This document shows, one piece after another, positions 18,707 through 26,089 of a stretch of 64,000 nucleotides of DNA. Below the pieces are notes generated by a model that did no database searches, was not told the DNA's origin, and worked only from the letters and a program-made list of their open reading frames with translations. The position numbers and the translations under genes were made by a program. The stretch lies in the sequence record MW845758.1; one strand, given 5' to 3'. Numbering within the stretch: position 1 is the first letter of the stretch; every line of letters starts with the position of its first letter.

Positions 18707-19297
18707 TTAGCCAAATAACGCTTTCGCGTAGACAGACATTTCACCCCAGATGCGACCCAGCCAGCCGTAGGTGAACGTTTCGTTTTTCTTGCGCTGTTCG
18801 GAGATATTGACGTAGTGGTAAGTCTGCATACCCGTCAATGCCATCATCAGATAGTTCATGCCTTCTGCACCGCGTTTGGCGTAGAATGCTTTGATGGTGC
18901 CGAGCGTGGTTGGCCCCATGCCTTTGTCTACCTTGATGTCCGGGTACAGAGTCTCTTGGTTGTTCAGCACGTTCAGTAAACGCTGAAGAGATTCCACACA
19001 GTTAGCACGACCGGCGTTGATAGAATAGTCGAACATACGGTCAGCCAGAAGCGGATTGAGGGCGAGGATATCATCCAGATAAAGCTTGTTCCACCAAAGT
19101 TTAACATAGATATCCATTGCCATTTCTTGGGTGAGGTCACGCATGTCACCTTTATACCCGTAGGTGCGTGCGGTGTCTTGTGTCACACCGTACTTGGTTG
19201 GACCACCGAGGTCATTAGGGTTATTGACGTAGCCGGCTTCAATCGCCACTTTTGCACGAATGATACCTTCACGACTTAAACGAACAACTGCTGCCAT
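18707..19297 (-). CDS. Glycoside hydrolase family 108 lysozyme with C-terminal PG-binding domain
   Basis: EAGYVNNPNDLGGPTKYGVT catalytic motif; FTYGWLGRI tail; start taken at MAAVVRL (RBS GAGG) because the longer ORF crosses a terminator. Confidence 0.88.
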   Translation of the reverse strand: MAAVVRLSREGIIRAKVAIEAGYVNNPNDLGGPTKYGVTQDTARTYGYKGDMRDLTQEMAMDIYVKLWWNKLYLDDILALNPLLADRMFDYSINAGRANCVESLQRLLNVLNNQETLYPDIKVDKGMGPTTLGTIKAFYAKRGAEGMNYLMMALTGMQTYHYVNISEQRKKNETFTYGWLGRIWGEMSVYAKALFG

Positions 19298-19370
19298 TTT
19301 ACTTTCCTCTTTCCCGTGTTTATTGCGCAATGCGCTGAAGTCATAACAAACCGCAAATAAAAGAAAGAAG

Positions 19371-19388
19371 GGTGCCCCGAAGGGCACC
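19371..19388 (-). terminator. Intrinsic terminator ending the radical-SAM operon
   Basis: GGTGCCC-CGAA-GGGCACC (UUCG loop on the minus strand) with minus-strand tail CTTCTTTCTTTTATTT. Confidence 0.8.
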
Positions 19389-19392
19389 AGTC

Positions 19393-20034
19393 TTATTCTA
19401 CGGTCGGATTAAACTCCGCCGCATCCAACTCTGCGTAGTTGCCCTGTTCCGCAAATGCACGGATACGGACTTTGTACGCAGTCAGCGCAGTATGCAGTTG
19501 GGCATTACGTGCCACGATAACCGAGTACAGGCCAATCGTGTCTTCCGCCGTCCAGTCTTCCAACGCTTGGTTATCAGACGTCAGCCAATACTCAGGCACC
19601 GTCTCCGTCTGGGTGAAACCAGACAGCGTAACCAGTGTATCACCACCGGTTTGGAAATCGTGGTCTTTGTACGTAATGTCTGCAGCGACCGCTGAAGCGT
19701 ACGTGCTGTTCGCCTGTTCCAATTTCTTGGTCAGCAGCGTATAGCAATACGTCTTGGTAGACTGCAGCTCTTTCAGGTAGTCTTTCACCTGAATGCCCAA
19801 CACATCTTTGATAAACGCTTGAGCCTGCTTCAGGGTATAGGCGGCCTCGAACTCGGTTAACCCTTGTTCTTGGAGTTGACGCTTAGCGTCTTTCTCACTT
19901 AACCCTTCCAGCAAGGCGTAATGCAAGCGTTTCGCCAGAGAGACTTCACCGTTCGGATCGAAGAACATTCCGTTGCGGTCAATCTGGCCATCACCATTTT
20001 CAAATCGTGCTTTTATCTCGTCAGCACTAAGCAT
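19393..20034 (-). CDS. DUF4376-like protein (tail-fibre-associated)
   Basis: C-terminal half ITYKDHDFQT...YWLTSDNQ...HTALTAYKVRI resembles DUF4376; overlaps the upstream gene by 22 nt. Confidence 0.6.
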   Translation of the reverse strand: MLSADEIKARFENGDGQIDRNGMFFDPNGEVSLAKRLHYALLEGLSEKDAKRQLQEQGLTEFEAAYTLKQAQAFIKDVLGIQVKDYLKELQSTKTYCYTLLTKKLEQANSTYASAVAADITYKDHDFQTGGDTLVTLSGFTQTETVPEYWLTSDNQALEDWTAEDTIGLYSVIVARNAQLHTALTAYKVRIRAFAEQGNYAELDAAEFNPTVE

Positions 20035-20561
20035 TCTTTCTCTCCTACGAATCCGACTTGAGTCAATGTGTCATAGGACACGATGTCAAAGTCAGCCCGG
20101 AGATCGAATCGATACTGCAAATTCGGCAGTGCCTGATCGTTTTCTTGGAATGCACGCATGAACATCATGTCATCGAAATACTGACACGCATTTTCCGGGT
20201 TACGAATCATCCACACCGGGACATTCGGGAAAGACAACGCTAACGCGACCAGAGACTGACCGCCCGGCTCGAGGTTTGACTCGCGCAGAAGGTTCAGTTT
20301 AGACGCCGGAGCTGCCAGCAGACGTTCTTCAAAGCCTGGGTTGCGCTTCTCGATCTCCGCCAGTGAGTTGTGGCCGTTCTCTACGCAGTTGATTGGTACC
20401 ACTACGTTAATGGCAAAACGGTTCATCAACTTCAACCACTGGTCATTGAAGGCATCACCCGGCACGATAGCATGAATGTTAAACAGCTTATAGTGCTGGA
20501 GAAAGGCTTCAATCTTGCGGTTATCGTACTTCGTAAAATTCTGCAGTAGCAGGCTTTTCAT
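20013..20561 (-). CDS. Hypothetical protein in the radical-SAM operon
   Basis: 182 aa; overlaps both neighbours, implying translational coupling. Confidence 0.7.
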   Translation of the reverse strand: MKSLLLQNFTKYDNRKIEAFLQHYKLFNIHAIVPGDAFNDQWLKLMNRFAINVVVPINCVENGHNSLAEIEKRNPGFEERLLAAPASKLNLLRESNLEPGGQSLVALALSFPNVPVWMIRNPENACQYFDDMMFMRAFQENDQALPNLQYRFDLRADFDIVSYDTLTQVGFVGEKECLVLTR

Positions 20562-21915
20562 TTTTGAATTGTTCCTTGCGGTCAGATTGTTCTACAGCCA
20601 TGGTCATCTCACGAATCGCGGTGACGTGTAAGGGCTGTTCTGCGGCTCTACCGATTTCTGCTTCGGCTTGCATCGCAGCCTTCTGGCGACACTGATAACA
20701 GTTACACACAGATTTGTCGTACTGAGATTCGTACGACCCGAAACGTTGTTTCCACCACTGCGCTACTAAGAGCTTCGCGGTAGTCCAACCACACTGACGA
20801 CGCTCGCCGTGGTATTCTTTACGGGCGTCTTCTTCGCCGTCGCCGTTCTCGTAGGCAGCCGCCACACACGATGCACACAGGTGCTTCGCAGGACAACCGA
20901 TACATTGATCCGGATACGACTTCCACTGCTCCTGCACTTCCGCCAACAGCTTACCGCCGTCGGTGTTTACGATTTGCTGGCCTTCGAGTTTACCGATGGC
21001 TTGGCGCGTCGTTACGGTTGACATGAAGCGGTTACAACCGAAGATGTTACGGTCGAAACCTAAACAGGTCATGTACACCGTAGTACCACAGTGCGGACGC
21101 AGACGTTGTGGGTCATAGCGTACGGAATCATCATGGATGAGTTTCTCACGCCAGTCTGGGTTCCACAGCTGATCCACATTCAGACCGTCTGGTAATACGT
21201 GGCCGATTTCAGAGTTCGGGTCTAAGTGCAGACCTTTCTCAATGAAATACTCCGCCACTTCAATAAACTGGTTCGCAATCGCCAGTGCGCTCTGACGCGG
21301 TAACACGTCTTCGAACACCACGTTGCCGTATAAACGACCGCCCCCGGTCACGTCAATCAGCGATTTCATACCAGCCGCGTACTGCATCAGGGTTTCTTTG
21401 GTGAACGTTGCTTTCACACCCAGTTCACGAATGCCGATATCCTGTAACAGTTTATAGCCGTCGACTGCTGCTTGGTAAGACCCTTGACGGGACGTCGTAA
21501 AGATTCGGTACTTGTCGTGGGTTTCGGGTAACCCATCGATAGATACACCGATAGAGAGCACGTCTTTCCAACGGTTCAGAATCTCCAGCGCCAACGGTTT
21601 GTTAAACAACGTACCGTTAGTTGAGATAGAGAACACGTACGGCAAGCCGTACTGCTTACACAGCATCTCTGCTGTTTCAAACGCCGCCAGTAAGAGCTTA
21701 GGTTGCATGAACGGTTCACCACCGATGATATCGATGATAATCCCTTCAATCCCCTGCGTCTTAGAGAAGAAACGGTGTTTGTCGCGATTAAAGCAGGCGT
21801 GGATAAAATCTACGACATCAGCGACTTTGTTATTACGCGGATACTTACGCTCGTAGCAATACTCACAGTCGAGGTTGCACGATAGGTTGGTGACTATTTG
21901 ATACGTGGCATCCAT
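20521..21915 (-). CDS. Radical SAM/SPASM peptide maturase
   Basis: CNLDCEYC (CxxxCxxC), IIGGEPF, ISTNGTL, VSIDG..HDKYR; SPASM-like Cys set PHCG..TC..GCNRF..CIGCPAKHLCASC..RQCG; extra CNCYQC. Confidence 0.92.
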   Translation of the reverse strand: MDATYQIVTNLSCNLDCEYCYERKYPRNNKVADVVDFIHACFNRDKHRFFSKTQGIEGIIIDIIGGEPFMQPKLLLAAFETAEMLCKQYGLPYVFSISTNGTLFNKPLALEILNRWKDVLSIGVSIDGLPETHDKYRIFTTSRQGSYQAAVDGYKLLQDIGIRELGVKATFTKETLMQYAAGMKSLIDVTGGGRLYGNVVFEDVLPRQSALAIANQFIEVAEYFIEKGLHLDPNSEIGHVLPDGLNVDQLWNPDWREKLIHDDSVRYDPQRLRPHCGTTVYMTCLGFDRNIFGCNRFMSTVTTRQAIGKLEGQQIVNTDGGKLLAEVQEQWKSYPDQCIGCPAKHLCASCVAAAYENGDGEEDARKEYHGERRQCGWTTAKLLVAQWWKQRFGSYESQYDKSVCNCYQCRQKAAMQAEAEIGRAAEQPLHVTAIREMTMAVEQSDRKEQFKNEKPATAEFYEVR

Positions 21916-21917
21916 CC

Positions 21918-22811
21918 CTATCTCCCCTTCTTCTTAATAGGATTTAACCAATTCATGATGTACGTGTACGCGTCTTCACCAATAGCATTGGCGATTTTAT
22001 TGCATCCACGGTCAACCACGATTGGTACGTTTTCGGGAACTTGAACATCCCCGTTCGGTTGGCTCACAACAATTTCACTGCAGGCATTACACACATCTTC
22101 ATCGAAGAACTTCTCGATTTTGATAATGGTGTCAGTCCCGTTCATGACATTCAGTCTGCGCATGTTATCTTGCAGACGCTCAAAGCCGTAGATGAAGTTC
22201 AGTACGTGGTCAGGTGACAGCACTTTCTTCATCTGGTTATCGAACAGGTAATTCATGCCGATAAAGCCGAGGTGGTGAATTGCGTCCTGCATTTTCAACA
22301 TGCCTTCGTGCCAGCGCATGTTCCCGACTTTCTCACGGGTTAACACCGACCACAAAATCACGTTGTCCAGCTGGGCCATCACTTCGAACGCTTCGGTATC
22401 ACCGCTACGTGCAAAGTCCATTAACCCGCGCTCTTCATCGTCGTAACCATCAATCGACACCACCACACGGTGAAATGTTTTCAAGAACTCGACTTGCTCT
22501 AAACGTAACTTTCGCCCGTTCGTGAAAAGGTAATGCGTAGCGGAAGGACGTTCAGCCCGCATCATCTCGACCGACTCGACAAGTTTCTTGTAAGCCAGTA
22601 ACGGCTCACCACCTGTCCAGATGATCTCTTCCACTTCGGGATTCTTTTTCAGTAACTCCATCATTGCCTCTTCATGGGTTTTACGCGACACATCCCCCTT
22701 GACCATGTGCATCTCACCCGCACAAAACGCGCAGTTCAGGTTACACTTCGCCGTCAAAGCCACGTTGATGGTCTTGGCGGGTGAGTAGATGTCTTTAGCT
22801 AGCGTCCGCAT
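21918..22811 (-). CDS. Second radical SAM protein (short, no full SPASM)
   Basis: CNLNCAFC, WTGGEPLL, FTNG, VSIDG; only CNAC plus one more Cys at the C-terminus. Confidence 0.88.
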   Translation of the reverse strand: MRTLAKDIYSPAKTINVALTAKCNLNCAFCAGEMHMVKGDVSRKTHEEAMMELLKKNPEVEEIIWTGGEPLLAYKKLVESVEMMRAERPSATHYLFTNGRKLRLEQVEFLKTFHRVVVSIDGYDDEERGLMDFARSGDTEAFEVMAQLDNVILWSVLTREKVGNMRWHEGMLKMQDAIHHLGFIGMNYLFDNQMKKVLSPDHVLNFIYGFERLQDNMRRLNVMNGTDTIIKIEKFFDEDVCNACSEIVVSQPNGDVQVPENVPIVVDRGCNKIANAIGEDAYTYIMNWLNPIKKKGR

Positions 22812-23721
22812 CCGTCAATCCATAAAGACGACGTTGGAACGAGAACAGAGGGTCTGTGTCACGTACATCTTCACCGGCTTTCAACAAACGCGGTGAGCGA
22901 TACGCATCGTACAATGCGTTAAGAACTTCCTGACGCTCGCCCATGCGGATAAGGTCATCGAGTTCTACCGGGGACTCTACAAACGGGGCCAGCGCATCTT
23001 GTTCATCTTTCGAGAACTCAGAAAGCTGGGATTGCAACAGGAAGCGAATCAGTTTACGATCATCCGCCGTCGAGTTCGGGACTGCACCAAACTCAGTCTG
23101 GCACAAAAACGCCATCCACGGTTTCCGGATACGCTTGGTCTGCTCGAGCGGGTCGGCGATGTACGACCACTCTTGCTTGTGCGCATCCCATGCAAACTTA
23201 TAACTGTACGCGAGTAAGTCTGCCAAGCAGTCGATATTCGCGGTTTCAAGGCCAGAGAAGGGGTGATACATTTCACGGTCTTTCTCCACGCTTCCAGTGC
23301 CAGCACCCACAAGCTTAAACAGGTGTGGCCAGCTACCACAGTAGTCGCTGCTGTAACTACGCACACACACCGGACGCATGCCGAGTTCTTTAAAGGACTC
23401 GAACATCAATTCCAGCGGGGTACTATAATTCAGTACGCTATCTGTGAAAAAATACTTGTCATTGACAAGCTTCCCGGTATAGCCTACACCGCCAGTGGCG
23501 AACTGAATGGATTTCACGTTCAACTTACCGACCGTGGCTGTATCCGTCACAGTGTACGTCTTGTTCGTGAAATCACGGCCACGGAGTTTAGGCCAGTCGA
23601 ACTGATCCATCGCAATCAGTCGGAGTTCGTCATTAACGTGCGCGTTAACAGAATCCGGTGACGAGATATGAATCGGGTAATTCAAACTCGTGCGATAGGC
23701 AAGATGATCGTTACTCTTCAT
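22795..23721 (-). CDS. Hypothetical protein between precursors and radical SAM genes
   Basis: 308 aa; 12 nt from precursor 3 and overlaps the rSAM gene by 17 nt; no motif recognised. Confidence 0.75.
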   Translation of the reverse strand: MKSNDHLAYRTSLNYPIHISSPDSVNAHVNDELRLIAMDQFDWPKLRGRDFTNKTYTVTDTATVGKLNVKSIQFATGGVGYTGKLVNDKYFFTDSVLNYSTPLELMFESFKELGMRPVCVRSYSSDYCGSWPHLFKLVGAGTGSVEKDREMYHPFSGLETANIDCLADLLAYSYKFAWDAHKQEWSYIADPLEQTKRIRKPWMAFLCQTEFGAVPNSTADDRKLIRFLLQSQLSEFSKDEQDALAPFVESPVELDDLIRMGERQEVLNALYDAYRSPRLLKAGEDVRDTDPLFSFQRRLYGLTDADAS

Positions 23722-23733
23722 TAGGTTCCCCTG

Positions 23734-23943
23734 TTAACTTGGGTAGGTGACTTGCTTCGCGCCACCTGAGCTACTCCAGCTACAGGTACCCCCGCAGTTG
23801 TACGCGCCCGCGCGAATGCCACCCAAGTTGTTGGTGTTGTTACACGTCCCGTTGTTGGCGATATAACTGTTCGCCTGAGCCGTGGTAATATATTGTTCAA
23901 TATTCGCGACACGCGTACCGATGTCTTTTAATCCGACAGCCAT
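23734..23943 (-). CDS. Precursor-like peptide 3 (short core)
   Basis: RBS AGGAGGT; leader MAVGLKDIGTRVANIEQ homologous to the other two; core CGGTCSWS. Confidence 0.8.
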   Translation of the reverse strand: MAVGLKDIGTRVANIEQYITTAQANSYIANNGTCNNTNNLGGIRAGAYNCGGTCSWSSSGGAKQVTYPS

Positions 23944-23953
23944 TCGCTACCTC

Positions 23954-24382
23954 CTACGGTCCAGAACAACCTGCCCCGCACGAGCCGGTACAGCCCGAAC
24001 TACAACCGCCAGAGCAGCCGCCAGAACATTTACCAGAACAGCTGCCTGAGCAACCACCAGTACACGTTCCTGAACAACCACCACCGCAGTTACCACCACA
24101 ACTACCCGCACATCCACCGGTACAACTTGAACTACAGTTCCCCGAACACGCAGATGAACAGCCAGATGAGCAGTTACCGGTACAACCACCGGAACAGCCG
24201 TTACCGCACGTCCAGCTACAGCTTCCGTTACAGTGGAGCGCTGCAGGCGTGAACCCGTTTAGTAAGTCGGCATTATTTGTCGTTCGACCCGAGATATAAT
24301 TCTGTACCCCGGCTTGTGTTTTAAGTGCAGTGTTTTCAATATTGACCACACGACTTTGTACTGATTTAAGTGAAATTGCCAT
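23954..24382 (-). CDS. Precursor-like peptide 2: 50-aa leader + 23 perfect Cxxx units
   Basis: RBS AGGAG; core CNGS-CSWT-...-CGAG-CSGP counted manually (92 aa). Confidence 0.9.
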   Translation of the reverse strand: MAISLKSVQSRVVNIENTALKTQAGVQNYISGRTTNNADLLNGFTPAALHCNGSCSWTCGNGCSGGCTGNCSSGCSSACSGNCSSSCTGGCAGSCGGNCGGGCSGTCTGGCSGSCSGKCSGGCSGGCSSGCTGSCGAGCSGP

Positions 24383-24390
24383 GTTCGCTC

Positions 24391-24780
24391 CTAGGGTCCA
24401 CTACAGCCAGCACCGCAGCTGCCCGAACATCCGCCTGAACAACCACCGGAGCACGCACCACCACAAGTACCAGAGCAACCGCCACCACACCCACCTGAGC
24501 AGGATGAAGAACAGCCACCGCCACAACCACCGGAACAGGAACCTGAACAATTTCCCGTACAGACACCACTACAGCTACCAGAACAACTCGAGCAACCATG
24601 ACTACAGCCCGATGAACAGGTCCAACTGCACGAACCATTACAGCGCGCCCATGTATCAGGCTGCCCTGCGAGTAGTATCGCGTTATGAACCTTCGCATTT
24701 GTCTGCGCGTCAACACTCGGGCCGGTAGCCGCTTGGACTCGGTCAATACGTCCACTTAGGTCTTTAAGTGAGATCGCCAT
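24391..24780 (-). CDS. Precursor-like peptide 1: 46-aa leader + 21-Cys Cxxx core
   Basis: RBS AAGGAAAGG; core CNGS-CSWT-...-CGAG-CSGP with one 3-residue unit (CSS). Confidence 0.9.
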   Translation of the reverse strand: MAISLKDLSGRIDRVQAATGPSVDAQTNAKVHNAILLAGQPDTWARCNGSCSWTCSSGCSHGCSSCSGSCSGVCTGNCSGSCSGGCGGGCSSSCSGGCGGGCSGTCGGACSGGCSGGCSGSCGAGCSGP

Positions 24781-24845
24781 TACCTTTCCTTTTTAATAAG
24801 AACCGGGCACTCGCCATATAGACGAGGCCCGTGTGTAATTAAACT

Positions 24846-26045
24846 TTATTTCGTACCGGCATCCGCCTGTACGTCGTCGCGAGTTGTGAGGTTCGCGTTG
24901 ACGTGGACGTTGGCTTGCACCACACCGCCGTACTGCTTGTGCAGGTATTGCGTGTGTGGGTCAGCAGCAGACAGGTGGTTAGACAGCGTCTGGTTAACCG
25001 CAGTGATGTTACCTTCGTTCGTGGTGACACGACGGGCGAGTGCAGTGAGGTCCGTACGCAGCTGGTCGATTTGCTGCTGGGTATCACCTTGTCCGGATTT
25101 CAAGTCATCAATCTGATCTTGCAGACTGTCGCAAGTTTGCTCAAGGCCACTTACCTTGTTCTGCAGAATCAATACCAATGAATTGAGGTTTGCTACAATC
25201 AGCGTCATCTTCTGGTAGTTTTGGTCTACCGTATTCAGCTGGTCATTAAACGCGGCCAGTGAACTGACGATGGCATCGATACGGCCACCCAACGCGGTGT
25301 CTGCAGCTTGCAGGTTACCGATTTGAAGAACGGTCGCATCAATCGCTGCTTGTACCCCAGCAATCAGGGCACGGATTTCAGTGGCGGTTAAACCGTCAAT
25401 CTGATGGATATCGAGATTGTGGACATTGCCCGTTGCGTTGATGTGGGCATTCAGCGCATCTAAGAAGTTATTTTTGATGCTTTCGATGATATCCTTGATT
25501 TTCTCAAGCTGTACAGAGTCGCCTGAGCCAATCGCATCGAGAATGCCCGAGAGCATGGTGATAACGTATTCAAAACCGAAGATATCACCGATGTCTTTAA
25601 ACGCTGGCGCGCCGGGTAAGGTATCCGGGAAATCAATGAGGTCTGGGAAGCTGACCTTTTTGTTATCGATATCCAGAATGGCAATGGCCTGCTCAATCGC
25701 CAAGATGTTCGCCGACATCGGGCCACCGACGACTTGGGCCGATACCGTGATATCCGTTGGAATCTTGCTATTGGTAACCACTACCGCCATCACAATCTCT
25801 TGGTTACCGGAGAGTTTCTGGTAAGCCGGATGGGCAAAGATTAACTCGTAGTCGGTACCGCGGACATACGGAGTGGTGGGCGAGTTCGTCGCACGCAGTC
25901 TAAAACTATCTGCGTAAAACGGACCTGCCGGAAAAGCAAAAGACCGGTTGACTTTACCGGAACCCAAAACCACGGGGATGGTGACCGCGTTCGAAGTCAG
26001 CGTTCCTTTTAAGTCAAGCGGGTATTGGTAAATAATGTCACTCAT
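24846..26045 (-). CDS. Short tail-fibre-like virion protein with coiled coil
   Basis: N-module PAGPFY..GTDYEL shared with the three large fibres; long heptad region; HLSAADPHTQY motif typical of fibre proteins; start taken at MSDII. Confidence 0.75.
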   Translation of the reverse strand: MSDIIYQYPLDLKGTLTSNAVTIPVVLGSGKVNRSFAFPAGPFYADSFRLRATNSPTTPYVRGTDYELIFAHPAYQKLSGNQEIVMAVVVTNSKIPTDITVSAQVVGGPMSANILAIEQAIAILDIDNKKVSFPDLIDFPDTLPGAPAFKDIGDIFGFEYVITMLSGILDAIGSGDSVQLEKIKDIIESIKNNFLDALNAHINATGNVHNLDIHQIDGLTATEIRALIAGVQAAIDATVLQIGNLQAADTALGGRIDAIVSSLAAFNDQLNTVDQNYQKMTLIVANLNSLVLILQNKVSGLEQTCDSLQDQIDDLKSGQGDTQQQIDQLRTDLTALARRVTTNEGNITAVNQTLSNHLSAADPHTQYLHKQYGGVVQANVHVNANLTTRDDVQADAGTK

Positions 26046-26089
26046 CTCCAAGCTCCCTTACGAGAGGGCTTCCTTGCCCCCACTATTGA

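Noticed and set aside
19298-19387. 30-aa hydrophobic N-terminal extension of the lysozyme (possible SAR/signal)
   Set aside because: It spans the upstream terminator hairpin and T-tract; the ATG at 19297 has a proper RBS.
24330-24728. His/Asn/Arg-rich plus-strand ORF, and Val-rich minus-strand ORFs 24366..24755 and 23947..24189
   Set aside because: These are shadow frames of the Cys/Gly/Ser repeat; the Cys-rich frames have the RBSs and the homologous leaders.
23954-24780. Periodic 12-nt DNA pattern as a CRISPR array or minisatellite
   Set aside because: The periodicity comes from Cxxx codons with synonymous variation; there is no constant repeat with unique spacers and no cas gene.
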